NCBI RefSeq assembly: GCF_001194135.2
Contig: NC_068995.1
Coordinates: 7,883,080 to 7,947,079 of the forward strand
Reading direction: 5' to 3'
DNA: 64,000 nt
Source: Octopus bimaculoides
Taxonomy: Eukaryota
The notes below the pieces were generated by a model. It saw nothing but the letters and a program-made list of their open reading frames with translations. It was not told where the DNA came from and did not search any database. Positions 12,236 to 26,512 of this stretch are shown one piece after another. A program made the position numbers and the translations under genes. Within the stretch, counting starts at the first letter, position 1. Each line of letters starts with the position of its first letter.

Positions 12236-13101
12236 TATATATATATATACATACAAAGTATAGGGGTTTAGTTCACAGGTGATCTAAACGATTAGGTACG
12301 CTTGGTAGTTATAGAACCATTGCAGATTTCCACTGCAGTGGATATATAATTCTTAAAAGAGATAGTAAACATTAAAGCAAGGCAACTATCTCACATATAC
12401 TTATGTACATAAATATACACGAACACATACATATATACATGTTAATAGACACATATATAAATGATAAAAGGAAAGAATGTATGTATATAAAATTTAGTAT
12501 TTCTATTTAGAAATATTAGAATCTCCTACAACACCAAACAGACAAATTCAGTACAAGTCTGCACTAACAAAATCTTCAGGACTAAAGTCATTAAGGACAG
12601 GAAAAACATCGGGACGAACAATGAAATTTTTTTCAAAAAATACATCACTTATTTCAAGATGTCGGAGTTGTCTTCAATATACTTATTGGACACATCGCTG
12701 ATTCTGTAAATTTGAATTTAATATGTTGCGCTTATGCTTCCTATAGGGAAATGTTTTTGAAATCTTTGAATAATTTCTCACACACACAGATAGTTATCTA
12801 TTGTAGTTGAACGTTTAAATTGAAGTAATTCTTATCGTTGTTTTTTGCTGGTGATGTTCTAGTTCTCAATGATAATAGGTATAAAACTGGTTTAAATGCA
12901 GACGTGTATTGTTTTTTCTGTTTTGTTGTTGTAATCGATTCTACAATTTTTAAATGGAAAAACACAATTTTAAATAGAGACGCAAACAAGAACACCAAAT
13001 TCACTTTCACAAACAATCAAGAACGTATAGAGTTGTATGTATCAGACATCCTACGAACAACGTACATTATAAAGAAAACACTTGTACAATACTCTAATAT
13101 A

Positions 13102-13144
<43 letters not shown>

Positions 13145-13616
13145 TTCTGCGTGTGTCAGTATACATCTATAACAATCAATTTATTTATGTATCTACCTAG
13201 CTGTATCTCTCGTAACATCACACTCAACAACTCACGTACACGCGCACATATTTATCTATCTACATACATACATACATACATACATACATACATACATACA
13301 TACATACATACATACATACATACATACATACATANNNNNNNNNNNNNNNNNNNNNNNNNNNNNNNNNNNNNNNNNNNNNNNNNNNNNNNNNNNNNNNNNN
13401 NNNNNNNNNNNNNNNNNNNNNNNNNNNNNNNNNNNNNNNNNNAACTTAATGCAGTTGAACCAATATGTGTCAGGAAGTGTACAGTGAAACAAACATGCAC
13501 TCGTCAATACATATATAGGTTGTACACATTTGCATAAGATATATTAATCGAACCACTACGTCTGACTTATCATGTCTCCAATTCTCTTTGTACATACATT
13601 CATGTATGCATACACA

Positions 13617-13650
<34 letters not shown>

Positions 13651-13682
13651 CTTATCTATATATTTCTCCTTATTCCATTCTG

Positions 13683-14150
13683 TCTGGAGGCGCAATGGCC
13701 CAGTGGTTAGAGCAGCGGACTCGCGGTCATAGGATCGCGGTTTCGATTCCCAGACCGGGCGTTGTGAGTGTTTATTAAGCGAAAACACCGAAAGCTCCAC
13801 AAAGCTCCGTCAGGGGATGGTGGCGAACCCTGCTGTACTCTTCCACCACAACTTTATCTCACTCTTACTTCCTGTTTCTGTTGTGCCTGTAATTCAAAGG
13901 GTCAGTCTTGTCACACTGTGTCACGCTGAATATCCCCGAGAACTACGTTAAGGGTACGCGTGTCTGTGGAGNNNNNNNNNNGTCTTGTCACACTGTGTCA
14001 CGCTGAATATCCCCGAGAACTACGTTAAGGGTACGCGTGTCTGTGGAGTGCTCAGCCACTTGGACGTTAGTTTCACGAGCAGGCTGTTCCGTTGATCGGA
14101 TCAACTGGAACCCTCAACGTCGTAAGCGACGGAGTGCCAACAACAACATT
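13683..14150 (+). mobile_element. tRNA-derived SINE family 3 with (CAA)n tail
   Basis: A box TGGCCCAGTGGTTAG, B box GGTTTCGATTCCC, tail gatcaactggaa...gacggagtgccaacaacaac. The internal duplication across the N gap at 13972-13981 is an assembly overlap. Confidence 0.85.
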
Positions 14151-14233
14151 ATTCCATTCTGTAGAAAAGCGTAGGTTCGAAACATCAGTCTTCTATTTTC
14201 CAAAGCGTGAATCTAATTCTTGCTTCTTCTCGC

Positions 14234-14278
<45 letters not shown>

Positions 14279-14525
14279 CGTGTGTGTTACAAAAGAAAAT
14301 ACGCATTTATCTGAAATGTCCATATTAACTACAATCCAAATACCGTTATATGTTAGCCAGTCCTAACATTCCCATGAATTCTATAGCTTGTCTTTAGAGT
14401 GTTTTGTTCTACGCACACTGTGTTGGAAATTCGGATAATGTCACTTATATGTGTGCGTGTGCGTGTGCCCCTTGGTGTGCTCATAGCACTATAAGTACTA
14501 TAGAACTATATCTATATGTGTGTGC

Positions 14526-14573
<48 letters not shown>

Positions 14574-14885
14574 NNNNNNNNNNNNNNNNNNNNNNNNNNN
14601 NNNNNNNNNNNNNNNNNNNNNNNNNNNNNNNNNNNNNNNNNNNNNNNNNNNNNNNNNNNNNNNNNNNNNNNNNNNNNNNNNNNNNNNNNNNNNNNNNNNN
14701 NNNNNNNNNNNNNNNNNNNNNNNNNNNNNNNNNNNNNNNNNNNNNNNNNNNNNNNNNNNNNNNNNNNNNNNNNNNNNNNNNNNNNNNNNNNNNNNNNNNN
14801 NNNNNNNNNNNNNNNNNNNNNNNNNNNNNNNNNNNNNNNNNNNNNNNNNNNNNNNNNNNNNNNNNNNNNNNNNNNNNNNNNNNNN

Positions 14886-14928
<43 letters not shown>

Positions 14929-16280
14929 AAGAGGGTGGAGAAGGAGGGTATGTATACAATAATCTCAGTAAAAATAGACGCGTATATGGTCGTTTTACTT
15001 TCTGATATTTCTGATGGATTATAATTATAGACTGTGTAACAATACCTACAAATCTTAACGTAAAAGATTTGAGACAACGAAAGCAAAACAAACAAAAATG
15101 ACCCCAAAATATAAAATAATTTACACACATACACACGCTCAAACACACGCATAGATACGCGTGCGTGTATTTTGTATGTGTGTGTGTGTGCTTGCGTGTG
15201 TGTGTGTGCTTGCGTGTGTGTGTTCGTATATTTGTATGTATCTATAAAGATATTTATTGAGGAATTAATAGCTCAATATCGAAAGATTAAAATTTATGAA
15301 ATATAAAATGAAAACATTCGAATGAAGCTGACATATATTCTATATTGTTACCAATATCTAAGTTTAGCATCAGACATTGTTTCTTAAAAACATCTCATAA
15401 AATGGAAAGCGATTTTAAAATGTCGTCTATATAATTCCCTGGAGGTTGTTTCCAGGAAATCTTTGCTTGCTTCCTTGCTCGGCTTTATTTAGCTATTCTA
15501 ATTGGTCATATTTGCAGATATTCTTTTCCTTTTCCTCATCGTCGCCATCCTTGTTGTTGTTATAGTTGTTGTTGTTACGGCTGCTGTTATCGAATGTTTA
15601 GGAAGACATTGTTGATGGTGCGGCTGTGTACTCCTATTGACTTCTATATCATTATCACCTCTGCACCGAGATATAGATACATGTATACATACATACATAC
15701 ATGCATATATCACTAAAAATGTATGACTAAAAACGTGGTATACAAGTGCACAAAGAACAGTAGAGGAGACCCCTACCTATATGTCGGGGCATCTGCCGAT
15801 TTTTTCAAATATTGATACCGCGGCCACATCGCCAGTTTTTGAAATATCTTTAAACGACATCTAACATCACTACCAGATTTTATCTGGAGGCTTGAGGGAG
15901 CGAACACAAAATACGACTTTACATCTTGGAAATGCTATTTTTCAGAAAAGTCTTGGCGGCCGGCCTCCAACACTTTTTCTGCAAAATAGGGGTAGCTTAT
16001 CGTGTTCAGGCTATATTATTAGCATTATCCGGCGTTTGAGAATTTAAAAATCACTTCTTTAACTTTCTAAGACATCTCAACGCTTATAAAGCAAACTTCG
16101 TTTGTTTGTTTACGATCATCGCAATTTGAATTTAATATATATATATATATATACACACATGTGCACCTGGGCATATGAATTTCCTGTACATATGTATTTA
16201 TTCGTCTATACGTGTGTGTATGCGCGGGTATCTAGTTGTATGTATATGCCCTTATGCCTGGATGCGCGTGTGTATATGTG

Positions 16281-16326
<46 letters not shown>

Positions 16327-17024
16327 TACGCACACACATATATGTATATACATTTATAGATTAAGGAATATCTTTTACTTGCACGAACAAATATACAAAT
16401 ATATATTTGTATGTATATACATATGTGTCTGTCTGTGTGCATAAGTTTAAGTGGTTAAGTGTGTCGGTGCACTTGTATGTGTATGCACGGGATTTTTCAT
16501 TAGAAAGAAAAAAATAACCGGAAAAATCGAAAACCATCAGAAAAGATTGAATCAAGTTGAGCAAGTGAAGATTCACATGATGGAGATGACGCGGATGATG
16601 CCAATAATAATACTAATAATAATAATGAGAAGAAGAAAAGAAGGAAGAAGAAATTCTAACAAAGCAGCCAACGTGAGAAATGTACTTTTCTTGAAGCGTT
16701 TGTCTAAGGAAATATCGTAGCAAAGATCGATAAATGTCTATGAGTTGTCAAAACACAGATTAATAATCAATAATCTTGGCAATAGAGTTGTATGAAAAAC
16801 AATCAGATCAATCGCAACGGAACCTGCAATTGGCAATGTCAGTTTAGGCTTCAAAATTAATCACTTAGCCTACTCCCAGATCGATCGAATGATCTTAGTC
16901 GCTATTAAACATTGATTGAGTACGCACACAATCACACACGCACACATATATAACATATTTACATATATGGGTGTGTTATGCACACACACACACACACACA
17001 CACACAAACATATATATATATTAT

Positions 17025-17220
17025 GCTTTCAGTCATTTTTAACTGTGGCCATGCTGGGGCACCGCTTTATTAGTCGAAGAAATCGATCCCAGGATTTATT
17101 TTTTGTAAGCTTGGTACTTATTCAATCGGTCTCTTCTGCCGAAACACTAGGTTACGGGGACCGAAACACAGCAACATCGGATGTCAGGCGATGGTAGGAG
17201 GACAAACACAGGAACAAACA
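17025..17220 (-). mobile_element. SINE family 2, 3' half
   Basis: tttcagtcatt...gtggccatgctgg...cttctgccgaa...ggttacgggga. Confidence 0.8.
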
Positions 17221-17259
17221 CACAAATATATATATATATATATATATTTCAAAATGTAA

Positions 17260-17430
17260 CCACATGTGAATCGTTGGCCTTTTTTCCCCCTCCGTCTTAC
17301 TTTCGTATTGGACCTTCCTCTGTCCCCTGTTTCTGAAGAAGAGCTTGTGCTCGAAACGTGAAGTCAATTTTCTTTCCTTCCCCGAGCATCTGCTAATATT
17401 TTACTTTTTTGTGTTTGTTCTTCGTTCGTT
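17260..17430 (+). mobile_element. Second copy of the hammerhead-bearing repeat
   Basis: CTGAAGA-A-GAGC(TTGT)GCTC-GAAAC-GTG at 17333-17360, followed by ttcccgagcatc..ctaata. Confidence 0.55.
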
Positions 17431-17912
17431 TATTTATATATACACATAGGTAGGTATGTTATATTTGCATACTTGCATACGTATTTGCATTTGGCTATTT
17501 GTACAATATTCTCTCGATAATTCTCTCTCACCCCTACGCACTCTCTCTTCCCTTTTCTCTCATTCTCCCTCTCTCTTTTGTTTATATATATATATATATA
17601 TATACATACCTACACACATACACACATAGGATCATTCATTTGTACATGCATTTGTGTGTGTGTGTGTGTGTGTGTGTACATATATAAATGTTTCTAGGTT
17701 GACAAATTGAATTTGTTTCGATCGCTCCCGTCCCTGTAGAGAATAAAACGTCGTAACCAGATTAAGAAATCTTTAAATACATGTTTACTTATGTTTTAAG
17801 AAATTGGGGTTTCTTAATCGACTTCAAGTATCCACAGCAATTTATATAGAATCAGAATAGTGACGTTACTAGGCCCTCCTTATATAAACATGTAACAGCA
17901 CATGCTCACAAA

Positions 17913-17951
<39 letters not shown>

Positions 17952-18344
17952 GCATATATATACATATGTGTGTGTGTGTATATATGTATTTATGCATGTG
18001 TGTATATATGTTTGTGTATGTGTGAGCGTGACCGCGTGTGTGTTTTGTGTGTTATATGTGTGTTTGTGTGTGTGTGTGTGTGTCATATGTGAATGCACGT
18101 CTGTGTATTGTGTCGTGTATGTATTTCTGTTCGCGTATAAGAAGTTGGTATTGCATTTTTTTAACCTTTAGCTTAAGTCAAGCAGGATCGATATTCATCA
18201 TGTTATTATTTGATGGAATCTGTGTGTTCGTGTAACTGTGAGTAGTGACGAAATTGATCATTAAATCATTGCAAAGAGTCATAAACTATATATGTGTGGG
18301 TGCGAGCATGCGGGGTGTCTGCATGTGTTTGTCTACATATTCCT

Positions 18345-18860
18345 TTCTACTCTAGGCACAAGGCCCGAAATTTTGGGGGAGCGGGCCAGTCGATTAGATC
18401 AGCCCCATTACGCAACTGGTAATTTTTTCTAATCTAGGCAAAAGGGCCAAAATATTTGGGAAGTGGGTGACAAGTCGATTAAATCAGTCCCAATACGCCA
18501 CTGGTACTTAATTCATCGTCTCCGAAAGGATGAAAGGCAAAGTTGACCTCGGCGGAATTTGAACTCAGAACGTAAAGGCAGATGAAATACCGCTAAGCAT
18601 TTCGCCCGGCGTGCTAACGTGTTTGTTATTTCTTTACTGTCCACAAGGAACTAAGTATAGAGGGGACAAACAAGGACACACAAAGGGATTAAGTCGATTA
18701 CATCGAGCCCAGTGCGTAACTGGTACTTATTCAATGGACCCTGAAAGGATGAAAGGCTAAGTTGACCTCGGCGGAATTTGATCTCAGAACGCAGCGGCAG
18801 ACGAAATACCGCTAAGCATTTTGCCCGGCGTGCTAACGTTTCTGCTAGCCCGCCACCTTA
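18345..18860 (-). mobile_element. SINE family 1 cluster (partial tail plus two copies)
   Basis: Reverse-complement motifs ctaggcacaaggcc..., gacctcggcggaatttgaactcagaacg and gaaataccgctaagcatt, repeated. Confidence 0.85.
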
Positions 18861-18914
18861 GTGTTTCTCTATATATTGGCGCTACGTTGGGTACGATGAC
18901 GTAGCAGACGGAAT

Positions 18915-19100
18915 CGACCCCAGTTGATCGGATCAACAGAACATGCTCGTGAAATCAACTTGCAGGTGACTAAGCTCGCCACGGACACACGTAACCTGAA
19001 CCTAGTTCTGAGGGAGACAAAGTGACACAGAATGTAACAAGGGCGACCATTTTATTTCGAGGTACCACTATTTTTTTGCCAGCAGAGTGAATTGTTGCAA
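18915..19100 (-). mobile_element. SINE family 3, 3' part
   Basis: ccagttgatcggatcaacagaac...gtgacacag matches the reverse complement of about 13990-14105. Further fragments at about 41735-41870 (-) and 55225-55300 (+). Confidence 0.75.
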
Positions 19101-19156
19101 GGTGAAATAAAGTCCTACACACACACACGCAACACGCAACACACACACACACACGC

Positions 19157-19189
<33 letters not shown>

Positions 19190-19379
19190 TTTTTTTATTT
19201 CTCTGTCACTCTCTTTATTTCTCTCTGCCACGCTCTTTCTTTCTCTTTTTCTTTCTATCTCTTGTCTTCTCCTCTCTTTTTTCTCTTTTTGTCTCTCCCC
19301 CATCTCTCTTGCTATTAACATCAACATTAAGAAGTTTGTTAGTATCTCTAGCTTTAGATTGTCGTTAGATGAACCACAT

Positions 19380-19960
19380 TTCTAAAATTAGTGAAATATC
19401 GAAGGTGTCTTGGCAACACTCAGTAAGACATTCATCAGCTGCTCACTGGCTATATATGACTATGATACCTCCATGCTGACAGTTTCCATCTCCTGTCTGG
19501 ATCATCCATCCTGTTCAGAATATCGATCAACTGGAATCAGTCGTGCAACCGGACGGATGTGTCACTTTCTGGCGAAGAGAGAAACTAATGTTTCGACATC
19601 AAGCACCTTACTTTATAGAAGTGCACACAATTATCTACCACCTTTCTAATAAACAAATTTGACCACCTTTTTTCAGACCAACATGGATACTACTCGTCGA
19701 CACGCTTATAAATACAAAAAACCAAGTGCAGCATTTTCTGAATTTCGGAATTCTTTCTTCCTGGTGAGAAATATCGTAGCATGGATAAATTACCTGCGTC
19801 AGCTTTTAGGTCTCTGGATTCTGGCTCCTTCATAATGGTCATATACCTCGAAATCTGTTATCACTATACCTGACATCCTTTGGTTATGTACCCTGAAATT
19901 CGCCAACACAACTCTCGACGTTCTTATTCACCCTTCCCTATTTATAGATCCTTTACGATC
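19380..19960 (+). mobile_element. Decayed CR1/L2-like LINE 3' end
   Basis: TRRHAYK (cf. TRGH..KL) and RNSFFLVRNIVAW/NKLPAS (cf. RRNFFS.R.VN.WN.LP), with frameshifts. Confidence 0.6.
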
Positions 19961-20359
19961 CAATTCCCTGTCTTCTTGTTTTGTGTTTTATTCAATATAC
20001 TATGTTTTTATATCAGGCTTTCATTGCCGCCTTTCTTTACTTGATTTATTGCTGTTTCTGTCACCATATTCCGGTGGGCTGTAACGCATCAATGCCCATC
20101 GTTCCTCAATGGCCTTTGAGCTGATTCATCTCGTCGGCGCTTTGAGTGAATCGTTTCCTGCTTATTGGTGAACAAACTAAACTTGCAGCATATATTGATT
20201 AACTTCGATAATATTAATATGCGTGTGTAATTGTTTGCATATACATACATACATACATACGTACATACATACATATATGTATATGTGAAATGATAGAAGG
20301 CAGATTGGATATCTATATATATAAAATAAAAATATAAATAAATGCAAACTTTTAAAGTC

Positions 20360-20595
20360 TAGCCAGGCTCATGGGCCCGGTTTCCCGGTTTCAATGGCGT
20401 ATGTGTTCCCCTCCACAGCTGGATGGGACGCCAGTCCATCACAGCGTTACTCATTTTTGCCCGCTGAGTGGACTGGAGCAACGTGAAATGAAGTGTTTTG
20501 TTCAAGAACACAACGCGTCGCCCGGTCCAGGAATCGAAACCACAATCTTACGATCATGTTGCCGACAGCCTAACCACTAAGCCACGTGCCTCCAC
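20360..20595 (-). mobile_element. tRNA/CORE-type SINE family 4
   Basis: gagcaacgtgaaatgaagtgttttgttcaagaacac core, with ggaatcgaaacc (B box) and ctaaccactaagcca (A box), both reverse-complemented. Confidence 0.85.
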
Positions 20596-20680
20596 ACACC
20601 CACACACACACATATATACACCTGTGTGTATGTATAAATGTATGTATGTACAAGCGTATATAATTGTGCGCGTATGTATA

Positions 20681-20762
20681 TACAGTGATCACTTGTATTG
20701 CAGTTCAACTATCGCGGTAGGTTTTGGAACGTAACACCCGCGATAGTCGAGGGATTATTGTA
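20681..20762. mobile_element. Small Tc1/pogo-like MITE remnant
   Basis: tacagtgatc...actatcgcgg (20708-20717) pairs with ccgcgatagt (20738-20747)...gggattattgta; TA at both ends. Confidence 0.45.
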
Positions 20763-21460
20763 TGTGTATTTACATCTATAATATTGTGTTCATATAAAAC
20801 GGAGTTCCCAGATATCTGAGTTTAATATAGATGGCATCCAATTGCAGTTGGACTCATTTTCATAAGTGATTCATTGGTTTATAACTTCTGTATTGCTGCA
20901 ATCGAAATTGCTCTCTACCTTTGACACCCAAGACGGACAGGCGTAGAGATGAGACAGACTTCACGTAGATAAGCTGCATTTTATACATAGAAATACTAAA
21001 TCTATTAATCCAAGTGCTTGGGTGAAGAAATAATAAACTATTGATTGCACCTACGTGTATCTGTTTCTAATAAACCATCAAATCCATAATCTTGTCAATA
21101 CAATGGAATGGTATTGATCTTTCTGACAAACAGTTTATTCGAATTTATTCATGTTTGTTTATTTCGTGGATGGATAAAAATGTAAAGATGACAATTGCGG
21201 CTGTTGGATAAGTTCCTTTGACAAGGGTCTGATAGTTAAAAAGGATGCAAACCTAGCATCGTAATGCCACCGGAAATATTACCGCAAGTCGAAGTCCACC
21301 AACACTGAACCACCACTTATAACCTAAACGTTATATGCAGGCATCGAAATAAGGGTTAGCTAACAGCAATACATATTATTAGGGATGGAATTTTTGGCAA
21401 ATATTGGAAACCCATAATCATTGGCATACCATAATTCAAACTATCTTTTTTCTCGATTAC

Positions 21461-21488
21461 CAACAAATGCCAGACGTCCTGCACATTC
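21461..21488 (-). CDS. Candidate 28-nt exon
   Basis: tttattttatgtgcag|GAATG...TTTGTTG|gtaatc. Phase 1-2 reads (G)MCRTSGIC(C) and completes a Cys codon with the 11304 exon. Confidence 0.4.
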
Positions 21489-22666
21489 CTGCACATAAAA
21501 TAAACGCTGAATTATTTCGTTTTACACAGCTTTAAACGATAAAACATAAGAAACTTTAAAACATAACGAACCCCCTATTCATAATTAGATAAGTATTGCA
21601 CGTTGCTTTATATAACTAATATCCAGGGATATCATTATAGAACAATTTAACCTTGTATTACATAAGTACTAATTGATGGTTAGAAACATTACCATTTCTA
21701 CAGATATTTTCTATTCTATTTTATTTTACTCTTCTCGCTATTTTCCTCTTCAATAACATATTAATTCCATGTATATAGAATAGAACACATAATTTTCTTG
21801 CCGTCAAGTATTCGGGAACTAAATGTCTATGATTAAATGCAATCTCGCTATCGTGAATATTAAACGGACGGCAAAATACACCAACGGTCATTTGTGTATA
21901 ATATATATATATATATATATAGGTAGGTAGGTAGATGTATGTATGTATGTATGTATCTCTCTCTCTCTATACATACATACATACATATATATATATATAT
22001 CTATATATATATATATATGCATGTATGTATATGCGTGTAATGAGTGGTCGCCATTTTCTTTTCTAGGTAATGGCTACTCATTTCCGTCCTGACCGATATA
22101 CAAATTTTGTTTGTTTCTTTTTTTTTTCCAATAGGCGTGGTTGAGAGTAAAAGATACCGTGAGAGAGAATGAAATGATTGAAAGAAGAGATAGAGGCTAG
22201 AGTTAGCAAAAATGAACGGGGGTGGGGGAAGATAAAGTAAGAAAGGCGAGTAAAGAAGAGGATAAATGAAGAGATGGGGCTGTATAGAAAAAGGAAATAA
22301 TTTGAGTATAGAGAAGTATGTATATATATATATACTGAGAGGCATAGGTAGAGATGGGCAAAGAAAGAGAGAGAGGTGGAACAGACAAAGCCAAAGAGAA
22401 CGTGTGTGTGTGTATGTGTGATAGAAAGCTATTCAGAAATGATATCCGTTTATCTTGCCTGCCTTACAGGTCATTATTAACCGAAACCTATCATAAGAGG
22501 CGACAGCAACAAAAAGAAAGAAATTTATAAACAGCAACAATAACAACAACAACAGTAAAAATAACACAAAACAACTATTATTAATACCCAAATGATATTG
22601 TGACTCCTAATATCCCAGATATACAAACCTACACACATACATACACACATATAGATATGTCTGTAT

Positions 22667-22705
<39 letters not shown>

Positions 22706-24689
22706 TTTATGTATATTCGTATGTATGTATATTTGTATGTATTGATGCATTATATGATCATTGAGGATATTAATTTGCAGTGTGTCATCATAGGAGACAT
22801 TTCTTTGGGTGATGTCTATAAATACACCCGAATGATGAATAATTCACAGCAATAACCTTGCCATATACGGCTATTGATCAGAACAGTTTGTTTCCAAATT
22901 ATTCTCATCTTTAGTCTGATTCAGTCTAGTTCCGCTGAGGATGGAGTAATTAATTGTCCATTGTTACTCTTACAAGCATCCATTACTAACGTGTGTGTGT
23001 GTGTGTGTGTGTGCTTAGATAGGTAAATAGATAAATTTATGAATGTGTGTGTGTGTATCTGTATTTATTTATGTATGTATATACATACATCAATACACAG
23101 ACAGACACACATGTATATATATACATACATATGTATATATACATATATATATGTATATAAACATATATATACACACACACACATAAACACATATTGTTTT
23201 ATTCTTTTATGCGTTTTATCCCGAAGGCTGTGGGCCTGCTGTAGCACCGCGAGAGTAATCACCTTGTCACTGGCCAATCTTATGTGACTGGAGATATAAA
23301 TTGGCATATAGATCCAAATATGTAGCTGTTTCTTTTCTCTCTTTCTCTCTCTCTGTCTCTATCTCTCTCCCCCCTCTCTCTCTCTCTCTGTAAACGTACA
23401 AGCACTTACATATTTACGCACACACACACATATCTACATGTATATATAAATATTCTCGTATCTATTTGTTCATTGATGTTCCGGCCTCATTTCTGTTTTT
23501 CCTTACTATTGTACGCGGGTATATATATGTATGTATATATATATGTATGTATATGTATATATATATGTNNNNNNNNNNNNNNNNNNNNNNNNNNNNNNNN
23601 NNNNNNNNNNNNNNNNNNNNNNNNNNNNNNNNNNNNNNNNNNNNNNNNNNNNNNNNNNNNNNNNNNNNTACATACACATACATATGTGTATATATGTATG
23701 CACATATATATATATATATATTAAATAGTTTGGAGTGGCGTGTATATGTCTTTTAGTGTGTTGAAATTTTGAGAAAAGCACTGACAGAGTTTGGACCACT
23801 TGGTGTCATGAGCAGTTGGAGTATATTTCCATTGGATCTACTTCAGGAATTCTGCAGTGTTAGTTGAGATCAAGAATTACTGTTTTCTTCAACAGAAGGA
23901 TTCTAATTTAATAAATTGCAATGTGGGTCAAATAAAAATATTACTCCGAGCGAATGAGATAGAACGATAAATTTCAAATTGGATTCGCCTCATTCTACAT
24001 TAAACCGCTTTACCATCAGCAGAAATATGAATTATATTGTTTATAATATTTATAAATATATCTGGAAATATCCTACTTTGAAGCCGACATTCAATAACTC
24101 CTAATATAAAATATTGTGTTATTAGATTATTAAACCCAGTTCCAGATACAAAAGAGAATCAAAGATAAGGCCGAAATGAGAACCCGATTAATATATCCAA
24201 ACTATTCATGGTGTGTGGGTTTAATTTGAAAGTTTGAGACGGAAATATTACGCCATCGGAAACCAATAGAAAATTTGAGAAATTTATCCATCTGAGATAA
24301 GTTGTTATAAGTTGTTAAAAATATGAGATCTTAATGATTATTAATCTCATTTTAGACTATATTTACATCTATCTTTAGCGATCGTAGCTTCATTTATGCT
24401 ACATATATCCATCGGTTTGATTACTATTTTTCCATCGTTGCATAGTGATTAATCCCATCTTAATCAATCTCATCTGAAATATTAAGTTGAGAATAATATG
24501 AAGATGGTAAAGTAGGAGACATTATGCCGAACTAATGTAGATGTAACACGAACAGTTCCCAGGTTAAAAACGTCTGAACATCAATATTTATGAACTGAAC
24601 TCTGCAGAGCGTTATTTGAAGAATTGTGTATAATATACCATGGTTGGTATTAAGAAAATGATGTTGTACATAGTAGCATATAATGAAGA

Positions 24690-25037
24690 GGTGCATTTGC
24701 TCAGCTTTCTGTAGATCTATTATTCTATAATGAATCTTAAAATAAGCATCCTCAAATTAGCAGAATCGTGGACAATGTACATAGCTACGGAGAAAAAGGC
24801 CTTTGAGATGTAGATTTTTCAGATTGGCCAAGATGAGCTACACAGAGAGATTCATAAATTGTGTTGTGCCACAAATGTTGCAATTCAAACGACATCTCTT
24901 TTTGATAATCAAGTCCAAAAGCTAAAGCATTTTGGACTTACAATACACCACAACTCACTGCCTCAAGAGTACCTCCAGGGGAATGTTAGGTCACAGCCAC
25001 AAGACCAATTCCAGAGGAATATAAAGAGCAAGAGGCT

Positions 25038-25040
<3 letters not shown>
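24690..25040 (+). mobile_element. Decayed RTE-type LINE RT fragment
   Basis: AESWTMYIATEKKAFEM* and KLKHFGLTIHHNSL..YLQG resemble RTE motifs (AETW..KK..AFEM; LKYFGH). Confidence 0.65.
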
Positions 25041-25082
<42 letters not shown>

Positions 25083-26256
25083 TTATGTGTACATGTATAC
25101 ATATTTATATGTATGTGTGTGTGTTTATCTGTATGTATTGTGTTCACGGGTAAGCGTGCAAGCATTTGTGAATATATGTGGGCGTTTTTGTATGCGCGTG
25201 TGTGAATATGCGTGTAAACAATAACAATGTATATGGGAGTTTTATTCAACAATTTTGAAAACTGGACAGCATTTACAAATTAACGAAGTAAAATGTCTAT
25301 ATTCCCACTAACTTTACCAAAAATTACAATCAAATTTTCATCAAACCAAACGTTGTCCGAGCTATGGTATTTCAAATAAGGATATATTAAATAGAGTAAG
25401 AATAGATAAAATAGTGTTATATATGTCTTTTGTATAGTCAAGACTGGACTGCTTTTTTGGACTGCTTATTCTCCTACCTCAATGGCAACAGTAACAAGAC
25501 GAACATGACCAAGAACAGCAGCAGTTTCACCAACATGTAACAGCAGCAATACCCTTCCAGGCAATTTCCTTACGGCTCACATTTTTCAAATATATTTTAC
25601 CCCATTGAAGTAAATAGGCAGTGGTTTTAAACCTTTGGGAATGATGCTAGAAATAACAGCCAGATTTGCCTCGAATGAAAGAATACTAGAAGCGAATGGA
25701 TGGTTGCGTTTGGAAGCCTCCTTCTCAACGATCGGGCGAATTAAAATTGAGAGGGGCTCAAAACAAGAACAAAAACAGAAAAAGCAAGAACAATGACAAA
25801 TACAAGATGTACCAAGGACACAAAGCCTCTAAACGGTCGCATGCCTACTAGAAATAGCAGTCAAATCTGCCTGGAATTAGACCTAACTGTCAGAAAAAGG
25901 ACAACATGGATAATATTAACCTGGACTAATTATTCACAAGATAAAGAGAGACAGCTTGCCGCTAGAATACATTATTGAGCATAATCTGAAACTAAACATA
26001 AGTAACGTTCCTAAGATTCCCTTTAAATTGTGGTATCAATGTAAATCTGGAATCGATAAAATAAAGTACGATACATACACTAGAATCGATTTAATCGAAA
26101 AAGAATTGGTCTCAGGTTTATGTTTCTGGCATTACCCGTACGTTGGAGAGAACGAAGAAAGTTTGCATTCTGAAAGTTTTTTCTCGAAATACGTTTGAGT
26201 TTGTTTTACACGTGTACATGAATGTGTGTATGGACGTGCTTGTGCATGTATGTATG

Positions 26257-26309
<53 letters not shown>

Positions 26310-26461
26310 NNNNNNNNNNAAGAATATATTAGACTTTATAAGACTTTAAAAGAGATGCTGAAAGTGCCGTCCTTCATTTTTAATTCATAAGTTGACTCTT
26401 TTACACATGTTTTGAAATACATCTTGGAGAAAAAGCTTCACTGTGTAGAGACTTTTTGAAC

Positions 26462-26512
<51 letters not shown>

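Noticed and set aside
12838-13090. Non-repetitive part of the 120-aa plus-strand ORF
   Set aside because: Non-ATG start, AT-rich codons, no recognisable motif or clear splice sites.
13683-13760. tRNA-like sequence with A and B boxes
   Set aside because: It continues into a SINE body and has no convincing acceptor stem, so it is a SINE head rather than a tRNA gene.
13908-14047. Apparent direct duplication of about 62 bp inside the SINE
   Set aside because: The two copies are identical and flank a 10-N gap, which indicates an unmerged contig overlap.
21283-21323. VISGGSVLVDFDL on the minus strand, resembling the SEA-domain GSVVV motif
   Set aside because: In-frame stops on both sides, a weak acceptor and no other SEA exons.
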